NCBI GenBank assembly: GCA_047285805.1
Contig: JBJBCN010000003.1
Span: forward strand, 832,001-896,000
From: Synechococcus sp.
GTDB taxonomy: Bacteria > Cyanobacteriota > Cyanobacteriia > PCC-6307 > Cyanobiaceae
DNA: 64,000 bases
Direction of reading: 5' to 3'
Part shown: in pieces, positions 43,169-53,705 of the stretch
Position numbering within the stretch: the stretch's first letter is position 1
How the letters are laid out: each line of letters opens with the position of its first letter
Position numbers and translations under genes: made by a program
Notes under the pieces: generated by a model
Seen by the model: only the letters and a program-made list of their open reading frames with translations
Told to the model about the DNA's origin: nothing
Databases searched by the model: none

Positions 43169-45600
43169 CGGCGGAGCTGCACGCGCCAATCCAACAGGAG
43201 GCCCTGGAGCTGCTGGAGTGGCCGCGGCTGGCTCAACACGTCTCCAGCTTCGCCAGCACCGCTGCCGGCCGTGCCGTGGCGGCCCGGCTGCCCTTGGCTT
43301 CGACCCGTCAGCAGAGCGTGGGCTGGCTGGCCGAGACGACCGAACTGCTGGCGCTCGATGGCCTTGTTGAAGGGGGCCTGAGCTTTCAGGGTGCCGCGGA
43401 CCTGGATCAGACCCTGCAGCTCTGTGCGAAGGGGGGCGTGGCCAGTGGTGATGATTTCTTGGCCGTGGCGACCACCCTGGCGGCGGCCCGGCGCCTACGC
43501 CGTCAGATCGATGACCCCGAGCTCCGGCCGGTGACGACGGCCCTTGTGGAGCCTCTGCGGACCCTGCCGGAGCTGGAGCAGCGGCTGCGCTTTTGTATTG
43601 AAGACGGGGGGCGTGTGGCGGATCGTGCCAGCCCGCCCCTCTCTGGCTTACGCCGTCAGCTGGCCTCGGTGCGGATGGAGCGCCGCGATCGCCTCAATGA
43701 GCTGATTCGCCGCTACGCCGCGCTGCTCCAGGACACCGTGGTGGCCGAGCGCAATGGCCGGCCGGTCCTGGCGGTGAAGGCCGGTGCCGCCAGTCAGTTG
43801 CTCGGTCTGGTGCACGACAGTTCCGCCTCGGGGAACACCGTCTTCATTGAGCCCCAGGCGGTGATTCCTCTGGGGAACCGCATTCGTCAACTCGAAGGCG
43901 AGGAGCGCGAGGCCGAGCGGGCGGTGCTTCAGGACCTCAGCGGCCTGGTGGGCGAGGAACAACCGGCGCTCGAGCACCTCCAGCAGGTTTTGATCCAGCT
44001 GGATCTTGCCCTGTCCAGGGCCCGCTACAGCGCCTGGCTGGGAGCGGTGCGTCCCGAGTTTGAGGCTGCCCCCCTGGCGCCGCTTCAGCTGGAGGGACTG
44101 CGCCATCCCCTGCTGCTCTGGCAGGAGCGCCGCCAAGGTGGACAGGCGGTGGTTCCCGTCAGCGTCCGCGTGGAGAACAGCCTGCGGGTAGTGGCGATCA
44201 CCGGTCCCAACACCGGCGGTAAGACCGTGACCCTCAAGAGCGTGGGTCTGGCGGTGTTGATGGCTCGAGCCGGTCTCTTCGTGCCCTGCAAAGGGTCGCC
44301 CCGCCTGCCCTGGTGCCAGCAGGTTCTCGCGGACATTGGCGATGAGCAGTCCCTGCAGCAGAACCTCTCCACCTTCAGTGGCCATGTGCGGCGGATCGCC
44401 CGGATCCTTGAGGCCCTGCCCGCCGCTGGCAGTGATCTGGCCACCCAGCCCGGCGCCCAATTGGTGCTCCTCGATGAGGTGGGGGCTGGCACCGATCCCA
44501 CAGAGGGCACGGCGCTGGCCATCGCCCTGCTCAAGCATTTGGCTGATCGGGCGCGGTTGACCATCGCAACGACCCACTTCGGGGAGCTCAAGGCGCTGAA
44601 GTACGACGACCCCCGCTTCGAGAACGCCTCCGTCGCCTTCGACGTTGAGAGCCTCTCGCCGACCTACCACCTGCAATGGGGTATCCCGGGGCGCAGCAAT
44701 GCCTTGGCCATCGCCACGCGACTCGGGTTGGACGGTCGTGTCCTCAAGGACGCCCAGGCCCTGCTCGCTCCCCGGGGTGAGGGGGAGATGAATCAAGTGA
44801 TTGCCGGATTGGAGAGCCAACGGCAACGGCAGCAGGATGCGGCGGAAGAGGCGGCCTCCCTGCTGGCCCGTACGGAGCTGTTGCACGAGGAGCTGCTGCA
44901 GCGCTGGCAGCAGCAGAAGGAGCAGAGCGCCGAGCTGCAGGAGCAACGCCGTCAGCAACTGGAGCGCTCGATTCGCGATGGCCAGAAGGAGGTGCGCCGC
45001 ATCATTCGGCGTCTGCGCCATGGCCGTGGCACCGACACCAGCGAACTGGGCGAATCCGCCCGCCGAGCCGGCCAGCAGCTCAAGCAGCTGGAGCAGCAGC
45101 ATCGCCAGATGCCCGAGCGCCGGGACCACAAGGGTTGGCTTCCCAAGGTTGGCGATCGCGTTCGCGTCCTCTCCCTTGGCAAGGCGGGTGAGGTCCTCTC
45201 CCTCAGCGAAGACGGCCGTGAGCTCAGCATCCGCTGCGGGGTCATGCGCCTCAACCTTGAGTTGTCCGCGATTGAGGGGCTGCAGGGCGAGAAGCCCGCG
45301 CCACCGGAGACCCAGGTGGCGATCCGCAGTCGCCGGAATCCCGCCAGCCGGGGTACCGAGGTCCGGACCGAGCGCAACACCATTGATGTGCGGGGCATGC
45401 GCGTGCATGAAGCTGAGGCAGCCGTGGAGGAACACCTGCGCGGCGCCAATGGGCCGGTGTGGGTTATCCACGGCATCGGCACCGGCAAGCTCAAGCGCGG
45501 GCTGCGTGAGTGGCTCTCCAGCGTTCCCTATGTGGAGCGGGTCAGCGATGCCGCCCAGGGCGATGGCGGCCAGGGCTGCAGTGTGATCTGGGTGAAGTGA
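43165..45600 (+). CDS. mutS2: MutS2 endonuclease
   Basis: TGPNTGGKT, QNLSTFSGH, LDEVGAGTDP, TTHF, KOW-like segment and Smr domain (IHGIGTGKL). Confidence 0.97.
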   Translation: MTAELHAPIQQEALELLEWPRLAQHVSSFASTAAGRAVAARLPLASTRQQSVGWLAETTELLALDGLVEGGLSFQGAADLDQTLQLCAKGGVASGDDFLAVATTLAAARRLRRQIDDPELRPVTTALVEPLRTLPELEQRLRFCIEDGGRVADRASPPLSGLRRQLASVRMERRDRLNELIRRYAALLQDTVVAERNGRPVLAVKAGAASQLLGLVHDSSASGNTVFIEPQAVIPLGNRIRQLEGEEREAERAVLQDLSGLVGEEQPALEHLQQVLIQLDLALSRARYSAWLGAVRPEFEAAPLAPLQLEGLRHPLLLWQERRQGGQAVVPVSVRVENSLRVVAITGPNTGGKTVTLKSVGLAVLMARAGLFVPCKGSPRLPWCQQVLADIGDEQSLQQNLSTFSGHVRRIARILEALPAAGSDLATQPGAQLVLLDEVGAGTDPTEGTALAIALLKHLADRARLTIATTHFGELKALKYDDPRFENASVAFDVESLSPTYHLQWGIPGRSNALAIATRLGLDGRVLKDAQALLAPRGEGEMNQVIAGLESQRQRQQDAAEEAASLLARTELLHEELLQRWQQQKEQSAELQEQRRQQLERSIRDGQKEVRRIIRRLRHGRGTDTSELGESARRAGQQLKQLEQQHRQMPERRDHKGWLPKVGDRVRVLSLGKAGEVLSLSEDGRELSIRCGVMRLNLELSAIEGLQGEKPAPPETQVAIRSRRNPASRGTEVRTERNTIDVRGMRVHEAEAAVEEHLRGANGPVWVIHGIGTGKLKRGLREWLSSVPYVERVSDAAQGDGGQGCSVIWVK

Positions 45601-45607
45601 CGCCCTA

Positions 45608-46861
45608 CTACCCCAGAGACGGCAGCACAGGCTCGGGGCCCGCGGCGGGTTCGGCGATCGGCTCGGGCGCCATCGGGATCGCCTCGCCGTTGGCGTCAAA
45701 GAAGCGCCAGCCCTTCGGATCGGTCTCCAGGTGAACCGTCTCCCCTGGGGTGAGGTGCTCGCCCGGATCGGCCCGCAGCTGCACCAGGTGGCTTCCCTCC
45801 TCTAGGCGGCAGGTGAGCAGTTGCTCATTGCCCAGTCCCTCCACGTGGCAGACCTCGGCGGGCAGGTTGCGGTTGGTGGCCGGGGCCAACCGCAGGTGTT
45901 CCGCCCGCAGGCCACCGGTGAGGGCCTCACTCCCTCCAGCGTCCTGCCAGTGCAGCAGGGCATCTCCGCTGGGGCCCTCCGGGAGGAAGCGACGGCTGCC
46001 GAGCTGCAGCTGACCTTTGCCGGCAACGGTGATGGGCAGCAGGTTCATTGCTGGGCTACCGATGAATTGGGCCACAAACAAGTTGCTCGGCCACTGGTAG
46101 AGCTCCGTCGGTGTCCCGAGCTGTTGCATGGAACCGCGGTTCAAGACGGCGATCCGGTGGCCCATCGTCATGGCCTCTACCTGGTCGTGGGTCACATAGA
46201 CCGTTGTGGTTCCCAGTCGGCGCTGCAGTTCGACGATCTGGGCCCGGGTCCCCGTCCGCAACTTTGCATCCAGGTTGCTGAGGGGTTCATCCATCAAAAA
46301 GACAGACGGCTGTCGGGCGATGGCGCGTCCGAGGGCAACCCGTTGTTTTTGGCCGCCGGAGAGTTCCTTGGGCATTCGGTCCAACAGATGCTCGAGCTCC
46401 AGGGTGCTAGCCACTTCGTGGATGCGCGCTTCGATCCGTTGCTCCCGGCTTGAGGAAACCCGGAGGGCCTCGGGCAGGGCTCGCGAGGCACGGTGCAGGC
46501 TGTCCTGGAGGTATTGGACGATAGTGCGCTCCCGCTGGCGCCGCAGGCCAAAACCAATGTTGTCCGCCACGCTCAGGTGGGGATACAGGGCGTAGCTCTG
46601 GAAGACCATCGCCACATCCCTTTGGGAGGGGCGCAGATGGGTCACCCGGCGTCCACCGACGATGATCTCGCCGCCGTTTGGGCTCTCGAGGCCCGCGAGG
46701 AGTCGGAGCAGGGTGCTCTTGCCGCAGCCGGAGGGTCCCACCAGGACCAAGAACTCGCCATCGCGGATCGAGAGATCCAGCTGGCGCAGGACTTCAACCG
46801 CTGCACTGCCTCGCCGTGGGGGGTAGGTCTTGCTGACCTGTTGGAAGCGAACCTCTGCCAA
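45608..46861 (-). CDS. Sugar/osmolyte ABC transporter ATPase (MalK/GgtA-like)
   Basis: GPSGCGKS, FQSYALYPH, LSGGQKQR, DEPLSNLD; no permease gene adjacent. Confidence 0.92.
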   Translation of the reverse strand: MAEVRFQQVSKTYPPRRGSAAVEVLRQLDLSIRDGEFLVLVGPSGCGKSTLLRLLAGLESPNGGEIIVGGRRVTHLRPSQRDVAMVFQSYALYPHLSVADNIGFGLRRQRERTIVQYLQDSLHRASRALPEALRVSSSREQRIEARIHEVASTLELEHLLDRMPKELSGGQKQRVALGRAIARQPSVFLMDEPLSNLDAKLRTGTRAQIVELQRRLGTTTVYVTHDQVEAMTMGHRIAVLNRGSMQQLGTPTELYQWPSNLFVAQFIGSPAMNLLPITVAGKGQLQLGSRRFLPEGPSGDALLHWQDAGGSEALTGGLRAEHLRLAPATNRNLPAEVCHVEGLGNEQLLTCRLEEGSHLVQLRADPGEHLTPGETVHLETDPKGWRFFDANGEAIPMAPEPIAEPAAGPEPVLPSLG

Positions 46862-46900
46862 TAACCGGCCTCACGGCGGCCCGATCTTAGGGTTGGTCAA

Positions 46901-47890
46901 ATGCAATTCATTGATCAGGCCAGGATCTCACTGCAGGCAGGACGCGGCGGCGATGGAATAGCCGCTTTCCGCCGTGAGAAGTACGTTCCCGCCGGCGGCC
47001 CCTCCGGTGGTGATGGTGGCCGGGGCGGGGATGTCTGGCTTGAGGCCGACCCCAATCTCCAAACTCTGCTGGATTTCAAGTACAAGCGGCTCTTCGCCGC
47101 TGACGATGGTCGACGTGGAGGGCCGAACAAAGCCACCGGTGCCAGTGGGTCGCCGCTGGTGATCAAGGTCCCTTGTGGCACGGAGGTCCGTGATTCCCGA
47201 ACCCACATCCTCATGGGGGATCTCACCGATAAAGGTGAGCGTTTGCTGGTGGCCGTCGGGGGCCGCGGCGGATTGGGCAATGCCCACTACCTGAGCAACC
47301 GCAACCGCGCTCCTGAGAAATTCACCGAGGGACGTGACGGTGAGGAGTGGCTTCTCCAGCTCGAGCTGAAGTTGTTGGCCGAGGTGGGAATCATTGGCTT
47401 GCCCAATGCTGGAAAGAGCACCTTGATTTCCGTTCTCTCCTCGGCACGGCCCAAGATTGCCGATTACCCATTCACTACCCTGGTGCCCAACCTCGGGGTG
47501 GTGCGTCGACCCAGCGGCGATGGCACCGTTTTTGCGGATATTCCTGGGTTGATTGCTGGTGCCGCACAGGGTGCGGGCCTCGGCCATGACTTCCTCCGAC
47601 ATATCCAGCGCACCCGCCTGCTGATCCATCTGGTGGATGCCAGCTCAGAAGATGTTCTGAAAGACTTCAAGGTGGTGCAGCAGGAGCTGGCCGCCTACGG
47701 AAATGGGCTTGATGAGCGGCCCTGCCTGGTTGCGCTTAACAAAACCGAACTGCTTATGGATGAGGAGCTGGAGGAGCGGATTCAACTGGTTAGCGACCAC
47801 TGCGGCCAATCGGTACTGAATGTCTCCGCTGCCACCTCAAAAAACTTGGATCAGCTCTTGTCGCGGGTCTGGAAAGAGCTGGGGGTGTGA
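46901..47890 (+). CDS. obgE: GTPase ObgE/CgtA
   Basis: [33 protein letters not shown]. Confidence 0.98.
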   Translation: MQFIDQARISLQAGRGGDGIAAFRREKYVPAGGPSGGDGGRGGDVWLEADPNLQTLLDFKYKRLFAADDGRRGGPNKATGASGSPLVIKVPCGTEVRDSRTHILMGDLTDKGERLLVAVGGRGGLGNAHYLSNRNRAPEKFTEGRDGEEWLLQLELKLLAEVGIIGLPNAGKSTLISVLSSARPKIADYPFTTLVPNLGVVRRPSGDGTVFADIPGLIAGAAQGAGLGHDFLRHIQRTRLLIHLVDASSEDVLKDFKVVQQELAAYGNGLDERPCLVALNKTELLMDEELEERIQLVSDHCGQSVLNVSAATSKNLDQLLSRVWKELGV

Positions 47891-47920
47891 GCCAGATAAT
47901 GCTGGCTCACTACTAAACGC

Positions 47921-48139
47921 TCAGTCGTCGTAGACGAGACACTCAGGAGCGTCGGGGTTCAGGTCGCAGAAGACTTCCAGAGGGCTGGGATCTTTCTGGT
48001 CGTCGGGATGGTGGGCCTTGTATTCCTCAAGGTCCTTCACTTCGTCCTGAAGGTGGCGAAGCTTGGGTTGATCACCAGCGGCTTTAGCCGCTTCGATCTC
48101 AGTTTTGTCCTTAGCGATGTGCTCGTCGATCGTGTTCAT
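47921..48139 (-). CDS. cp12: CP12 protein (C-terminal Cys pair only)
   Basis: LEVFCDLNPDAPECLVYDD C-terminus. Confidence 0.9.
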   Translation of the reverse strand: MNTIDEHIAKDKTEIEAAKAAGDQPKLRHLQDEVKDLEEYKAHHPDDQKDPSPLEVFCDLNPDAPECLVYDD

Positions 48140-48303
48140 GCAATGAGGCCGGAGAGATCAGGCTGCTCGACGTCGGCCACACCATACGGGGTGTCTGGCG
48201 GATGCGGAGCCATTTGTGATGGCCTTCTGATTCGTCTTTCGCTTTTCTTCGCGGCCAGATTGCGAGGACTGTGGCTAGCAGAGGGCTAGTGAAGGACTTC
48301 AAG

Positions 48304-48792
48304 ATGGCGCGGATTACGCAGCGGCACGATCGTCACTTCATGGATGAGGCCGGTCGTCTCTTTTGGATTAATGGACCTGACCATCACTGCTACCTCTCCG
48401 AGCAGAGGCAGTGGCGCGACGGCTTGAGTTTTGAGGACACTCTCGAGTGGAAGCAATGCTCCCCAACCGGTTTGGTGAGCCAGCGCTTTCACTCCTTGCA
48501 GGCGGCCTGTGAGGCCTTTGAACACAACCAGATCCAGTGGACATTGGATCTCTATCTGCGGCATATGGGCGATGAAATGGCCCTGCAGCGCAGCCTCAGT
48601 GACTACAAGCCAACGGCCATGAAGGAGGCGGAGGTTCGCTCGGGCCGTTGCCGTCAACAACCCTGGTTGGGTCAAGGCACGCCACGAATGCAGTGCGAGC
48701 TGAGTGCCAAGCCAGGACGCAGTGGCTCGGAACTGCCGCCCCACGCCCATCGCCGCCGTCGCACCAGCGCGACTACTCCGGCATCTCACTGA
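48304..48792 (+). CDS. Hypothetical protein
   Basis: ATG ORF preceded by GAAGGA; fills the gap between cp12 and ABC-F; no family recognised. Confidence 0.55.
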   Translation: MARITQRHDRHFMDEAGRLFWINGPDHHCYLSEQRQWRDGLSFEDTLEWKQCSPTGLVSQRFHSLQAACEAFEHNQIQWTLDLYLRHMGDEMALQRSLSDYKPTAMKEAEVRSGRCRQQPWLGQGTPRMQCELSAKPGRSGSELPPHAHRRRRTSATTPASH

Positions 48793-50710
48793 GTTCGAGC
48801 CAGCGTTCTTCGCCCTTGGTAATGGTCTGCAGGAGGGTCGAGAGCTCTTCACTAAGGGCTTCGAGGGCTGCGTAATCACTGCCTCCTGTTGCCAGCAGGC
48901 TTTCCAGTTCTTCCCTGCGGGCTTCCCAGAGGGGCAGGTTCGTGTCGAGCTGCTCGAGTTCACGGTTTTCCTTGAAGCTGCGGCGTCTGGCCTTTGCGGG
49001 TTTTGCCTTCCGGTAAGGGTCTGGCTTGATGGGCGCCAGTTCCCGCGTGGCTGCTGCTGGTCGGTTGCTGGATTGCCGTTCGAGGTAACTGCTGTAGTTC
49101 CCCTCAAAGCGTTGAAGCTGGCCGTCCTCAAAGCTGAACAGTCGGTCTACGGTCCGATCTAGGAAGTAGCGGTCGTGGGAGACCACGACGACACAGCCAC
49201 GGAAGTCCTCTAAGAAATCCTCGAGCACGGTCAGGGTCTGGACGTCGAGGTCGTTGGTGGGCTCGTCCAGCAGCAGAACATTGGGGGCCTCGATTAGCAG
49301 GCGACAGAGGTGCAGCCGCCGCCGCTCGCCGCCGGAGAGCTTGCTCACGGGTTGGTGTTGCTGTGCTGGAGGAAATAGGAAGCGCTCGAGCAGCTGGGAG
49401 GCACTCAAGGTGGAGCCGTCGACTTCGACGGTGCTTGCGGCCTCCTTGACGACGTCAATCACCTTGCGCTCGCGGCCCGCCGCATCGATCTGATCGAGCA
49501 CGGTGTGGCTGTGCTGGTCGAAGTAGGCCAGCTTCACGGTGGAGCCCAGTTCGACACGCCCCCCTTGGGGGACCCGCCGACCGGCAATGAGATCCAGCAG
49601 TGTCGATTTGCCCGAGCCATTGGGCCCGATGATTCCGATCCGATCCTCAGGGCTGAAGTCGTAGCTGAAGTTCCGCAAGAGCGGCGTCTGGCCACAGCTT
49701 TGGGCCTCCGCGCTGGGCCAGACCAGCACGTCTTCGGCTTCGATCGCGCGCTTCCCCAGCCGCCGTTGGTTGTTGATCAAGCTGAGATTCCCCTTGGTTT
49801 GGCGCTTAGGGGCCTCCTGCATTGCTTCGATCCGTTGGATCCGCGCTTTCTGTTTGGTGCTGCGTGCCTTCGGTCCGCGCTTGAGCCACTCCAACTCTCG
49901 CCGCAGAACGCCTTTGAATTTCGCTTCATTCGCGGCGGCCGCTGCTTCTTCCTCGGCCTTTCGGGCCAGGTAGTAGGCGTAGTTGCCGCTGTAGTTGCGG
50001 GCCTCGCCGCGATCCACCTCAACGATCCGGTTGGTCACCTGATCGAGGACATAGCGGTCGTGGGTGATCAGCACCAGGGAGCCGCTGAAGCGCTGTAAGT
50101 AGCCCTGGAGCCACTGGATGCAGTCGGCATCGAGATGATTCGTGGGCTCGTCCAGCAGCAGGACGTCCGGGTCGGCTACCAGGGCGGCTGCCAGGGCAAG
50201 GCGTTTGCGGTAGCCGCCGGAGAGATCGCTGACCCGGCGTTGGGTATCGCTGATGCCCAGCCTTTGCAGCACTTCGCGGATTTGCTGCTCCAAGCCCCAG
50301 GCTTGGCTTTGGTCCATCCGTCCGTTGAGTTGCCCCAGCTCGGCAAGGAGGGACCCATCGTCATCGCCCCGTTCGTGGGCGCTGGCGAGGGCCTCACTGA
50401 CCTCGGTGTAGCGGCGCAGCAGTTGCATCTTCTCGCCGCTGTCGGCGAAGACCTGCTCGAGCACGGTCCGCTCCGGATCCATCTCCGGCTCTTGGCTCAC
50501 CAGGACGATTCGCGCTTGGGGCAGCACCCGACGTCTGCCTCCCCCCGTGGGCTCAAGCCCGGCCAGGACGCGCATCAGGGTGGACTTGCCGGCGCCGTTA
50601 GGGCCAATTAAGCCCAGGCGTTCCCGCTCGCCGATATGGAGGGTCAGCCCGTCGAAAAGGGTGCGGATGCCGAAGTCCTTGCGGACATCCACCAGGCTGA
50701 TCAGGCTCAC
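48773..50710 (-). CDS. ABC-F family ATPase (Uup-like)
   Basis: Two ABC domains (LLLDEPTN x2), KARSTKQKAR linker, C-terminal EERWLEL, no TM segments. Confidence 0.93.
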   Translation of the reverse strand: MSLISLVDVRKDFGIRTLFDGLTLHIGERERLGLIGPNGAGKSTLMRVLAGLEPTGGGRRRVLPQARIVLVSQEPEMDPERTVLEQVFADSGEKMQLLRRYTEVSEALASAHERGDDDGSLLAELGQLNGRMDQSQAWGLEQQIREVLQRLGISDTQRRVSDLSGGYRKRLALAAALVADPDVLLLDEPTNHLDADCIQWLQGYLQRFSGSLVLITHDRYVLDQVTNRIVEVDRGEARNYSGNYAYYLARKAEEEAAAAANEAKFKGVLRRELEWLKRGPKARSTKQKARIQRIEAMQEAPKRQTKGNLSLINNQRRLGKRAIEAEDVLVWPSAEAQSCGQTPLLRNFSYDFSPEDRIGIIGPNGSGKSTLLDLIAGRRVPQGGRVELGSTVKLAYFDQHSHTVLDQIDAAGRERKVIDVVKEAASTVEVDGSTLSASQLLERFLFPPAQQHQPVSKLSGGERRRLHLCRLLIEAPNVLLLDEPTNDLDVQTLTVLEDFLEDFRGCVVVVSHDRYFLDRTVDRLFSFEDGQLQRFEGNYSSYLERQSSNRPAAATRELAPIKPDPYRKAKPAKARRRSFKENRELEQLDTNLPLWEARREELESLLATGGSDYAALEALSEELSTLLQTITKGEERWLELSEMPE

Positions 50711-51348
50711 AGGTTGGGGGAGTGCCGCTGCGCTTCCAGATAAGCAAACACGCTCTTGTCGCCTACATCGGCCGCGGCATCCATCGGGAACTTCCGCATG
50801 CTCAGCACCAGGAGCAGCGCGGCTTCGATCGCCAACAAAGCGGCTGTCGCTTCGGTGCTGAGCATGCCGCTCAGGCGTCCCAGCAGGGCGATGGGCAAAA
50901 GCAGCGTGACCCCGATCGCCTCAGGGCGACGGAAGCAGAAGAACTCCTTGAAGCCGATGCCCGCGAGGGCGGCGAAGAAGGGGCCCACCGCCAAGATCCA
51001 GCGGCCGTCACTAGTCAGCGCTGTTGCCATGCCCTGGGGGCCGGCGCTGATCAACAGGCCCAGAAAGCCGATACAGCCCAGCATCCAGAGCAGTTGCAAG
51101 GCGCGGTGCAGGGGACGCACATAAATGTGAATCCAGCGCAGGGCCAGGCCGACCCCCGCAGTGAGTGGGAGGAGCCAGGGCCAGATCCAGGTGGCCCCCA
51201 GCTGATGCCACTGGAGAAAGAGCGCCGCTTGGGCCAGCGCCGCCGTGAAGAGGGCGAGGCGATAACCGAGCACTTCACGGCGATCCGTAGCCGTAATGCT
51301 GTAGGGGCCATAAACCCCTTCAAAGACCGGATCGGCGGTGGTGCTCAT
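50707..51348 (-). CDS. DUF2301-family membrane protein
   Basis: EGVYG, IHIY, GFKEFFCF, DVGDKSVF. Confidence 0.82.
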   Translation of the reverse strand: MSTTADPVFEGVYGPYSITATDRREVLGYRLALFTAALAQAALFLQWHQLGATWIWPWLLPLTAGVGLALRWIHIYVRPLHRALQLLWMLGCIGFLGLLISAGPQGMATALTSDGRWILAVGPFFAALAGIGFKEFFCFRRPEAIGVTLLLPIALLGRLSGMLSTEATAALLAIEAALLLVLSMRKFPMDAAADVGDKSVFAYLEAQRHSPNL

Positions 51349-51350
51349 CT

Positions 51351-52310
51351 TCAGGGGACTCCTTGAACCATTGTGCTTAGGGCGGGCCCCGCGGGCACGA
51401 TCCCCGAGGGATTGAGTGGGAATAAGGCGCCGAAGTAGTCCTCGCGCCAGGCCTGCTCGCAGCATGTCTCGGCTACCCCAGCGAGGGCGAAGAACCGTTG
51501 CCGCCAGCGCCAGAGCCCGGGGAATTGCCAGATTGGTTGGCGGCTGACCCCAAAGAGAGGGGCGTAGACCAACTCCAGGCGAATCAAGGTGGGAAAGAGC
51601 TGGACATCCGCCAGGGATGGGGCCTTGCCGCACAGCCAGGGGGCTGCGGCCGGGCTCGAGAGCACGGATTCCGCCTCAGCCAGGGTTTCAAAGAGGGCGG
51701 CTTCAGCGCGGTCGTAAGCCCCTTGGTTGCGGGCAAAGCCGCAGCGGTAGACCCCGTCATTGACGCTGTGCTGCAGGCGCTCACGCCACTCCCCGATGGC
51801 CTGAACCTGGCTCGCTGGCGCCAGGTTCAGTACGCCAGGGGGTGCGGGCCAGTCGTTCAGCAGCTCCATCAGCCGTGCGCTTTCGCCCACGACGACCTCT
51901 CCGGAGTGGCTGTCCATCAGGACGGGCACCGTGGCCCGTTGGTTCGGATCGGCGCCGGCGGCTAGGTAGAGCTCCTGCAGGGTCTGGTAGCCCCGAAAGG
52001 GGGGGCTGAAGCGCCAGCGCCCCGCCTTTGGATCGGGCTCGACCACCAGCAGATCAATGCTCTGCTGCAGCTGACGGAGTTGCCAGACGAGCCAGGCTCG
52101 GTGGGCCCAGGGGCAGCTGCGGCCGACGATCAGCACGTGGGCGCCTGGCGCTCCGGCCGAGCGGGGCAGCTCCGGTTTGGCCACAAACACACCTGGTGGT
52201 CGCCTGTAGTTCCCCTCGTTGTCGGCGGGGCCGAGGCCGCTCATCAGTTGCAGCCACTGCCAATGCCAGCCGGTTCGGGCCGCCGCCACTACGGCAGGGG
52301 GGATGCCCAT
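51351..52310 (-). CDS. Glutathione S-transferase, Xi/YqjG type
   Basis: CPWAHR, TVPVL, VNDGVYRCGFA, LFPTLIR, LNPSGIVP. Confidence 0.9.
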   Translation of the reverse strand: MGIPPAVVAAARTGWHWQWLQLMSGLGPADNEGNYRRPPGVFVAKPELPRSAGAPGAHVLIVGRSCPWAHRAWLVWQLRQLQQSIDLLVVEPDPKAGRWRFSPPFRGYQTLQELYLAAGADPNQRATVPVLMDSHSGEVVVGESARLMELLNDWPAPPGVLNLAPASQVQAIGEWRERLQHSVNDGVYRCGFARNQGAYDRAEAALFETLAEAESVLSSPAAAPWLCGKAPSLADVQLFPTLIRLELVYAPLFGVSRQPIWQFPGLWRWRQRFFALAGVAETCCEQAWREDYFGALFPLNPSGIVPAGPALSTMVQGVP

Positions 52311-52365
52311 GGAGGTTCAGAACACTTCTGCCAGGCTGGCGCAGCTGCGCGCTGGAGAACAGGGG

Positions 52366-53310
52366 ATGGGGCGAGCTCAGGTCTTGGTGGTGGCGGGCAC
52401 CCATGGCAACGAGCGCAATGCTCCGGCCTTGCTCGAGCGTTGGCGAAGCGAGCCCCAGGCTCTCAATAGCTGTGGCATTCCCGTGGCCTTGGTGGTGGGC
52501 AACCCGGCGGCCTATCAGGCGAATCGCCGCTACATCGACCGCGATCTCAACCGTTGCTTCGCGCCGGATCTGCTTGCCAATCCAGCGCACCAAGCGTTGG
52601 AGCTGCAGCGGGCTCGGGAGTTGCTTGCGGAGTTTTCGCCGCAGGGCCCCAACCCCTGTGCGGTGGCTATCGACCTGCACAGCACCACCAGCGGCATGGG
52701 GAATTCACTAGTGGTATATGGACGCCGCCCTGCCGACCTGGCCTTGGCGGCAGGGATCCAAGCAAGGCTAGGTCTGCCGATCTACTTGCATGAAGCGGAT
52801 GCCGCCCAGACCGGCTTCTTGGTGGAGCGTTGGCCCTGTGGCCTCGTTATTGAAGTGGGCCCCGTGGCCCAGGGGCTGCTCAGCGCTCCGATCCAGCATC
52901 AAACCCAGTTGGCGCTGGAGGCCACGTTGGCGGTGTTGGCCGAGGCCGCCTCGGGGAAGTTGCGGCTCCCCGCTGCGCTGCAGGTGTACCGCCATTGCGG
53001 CAGCGTTGATCTGCCCCGGGATGGCACGGGAGAGGCCATCGCCTCCGTCCATCCGGCCTTGGAGCGGCGGGACTGGAGGCCGCTTCAGCTCGGGCAGCCC
53101 TTGTTCTGGCAGCCCAGCCGTAAGGCCTGTCCGGAGGCCTGGCGCTTCGATCCGGAGGCCATGGGCTTTGCGGCCGAGGCCTGTTGGCCTGTCTTTATTA
53201 ATGAGGCGGCCTATGGGGAGAAGGGCATTGCCTTCAGCCTTTGCCGCCGCGACTGCTGGCCAAACGAGGGGTCTTGGTTGCCGGCCCTGCAGGCGTTGAT
53301 GGCGGCTTAA
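52366..53310 (+). CDS. Aspartoacylase family protein
   Basis: GTHGNE, DLNR, DLHST, EVGP, VFINEAAY. Confidence 0.92.
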   Translation: MGRAQVLVVAGTHGNERNAPALLERWRSEPQALNSCGIPVALVVGNPAAYQANRRYIDRDLNRCFAPDLLANPAHQALELQRARELLAEFSPQGPNPCAVAIDLHSTTSGMGNSLVVYGRRPADLALAAGIQARLGLPIYLHEADAAQTGFLVERWPCGLVIEVGPVAQGLLSAPIQHQTQLALEATLAVLAEAASGKLRLPAALQVYRHCGSVDLPRDGTGEAIASVHPALERRDWRPLQLGQPLFWQPSRKACPEAWRFDPEAMGFAAEACWPVFINEAAYGEKGIAFSLCRRDCWPNEGSWLPALQALMAA

Positions 53311-53621
53311 CCGCAGGCCCATGTGCCTTGCTCCTTGGTGCAGGGCAGGTCGCTGGTGCTGCCGTCAGCCCAGTAGATCCGCAGCCGGTCATCGGCGCTG
53401 TCGGTCCGGAAGGTCAGGGATTTGACCGGTCCAGCGGGGGCCTTGCCGGTCGGATCGCTGGTGTCTACCCCGCCGGGGGTGGCCTGCCGTTGCTCGAGCT
53501 GCTGAACCCGCAGCTCGAGGCGATTGAGCCGATCGGTGTCCGCGGCGTTGTTGCGCCGTTCTCCCCCCTGGCAGCCCGCCAGCAACAGACCGGCAGCAAG
53601 CAGCAGCAGGGGAAGGCGCAT
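53307..53621 (-). CDS. Hypothetical lipoprotein
   Basis: MRLPLLLLAAGLLLAGC lipobox, short coiled coil, C-terminal Cys pair. Confidence 0.7.
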   Translation of the reverse strand: MRLPLLLLAAGLLLAGCQGGERRNNAADTDRLNRLELRVQQLEQRQATPGGVDTSDPTGKAPAGPVKSLTFRTDSADDRLRIYWADGSTSDLPCTKEQGTWACG

Positions 53622-53705
53622 GGCGCTGAGGGCGTGACAGGCGACTCCTAGCAGCGGTTTTGGGGCTTGGCTACCCGCCTCGATGAGGACGCTGCGCAAG
53701 ATTGC

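Noticed and set aside
43648..45699. Long antisense ORFs (683 aa opposite mutS2; also 3159-4457, 53707-54873, 60224-61894, 16419-17591)
   Set aside because: Shadows of GC-rich or codon-biased genes on the other strand; no recognisable motifs
52303..52368. Apparently overlapping divergent start codons (CATG) of the GST and aspartoacylase genes
   Set aside because: ATG 52366 has a purine-rich RBS and sits just before VLVVAGTHGNE, so it is the more likely start
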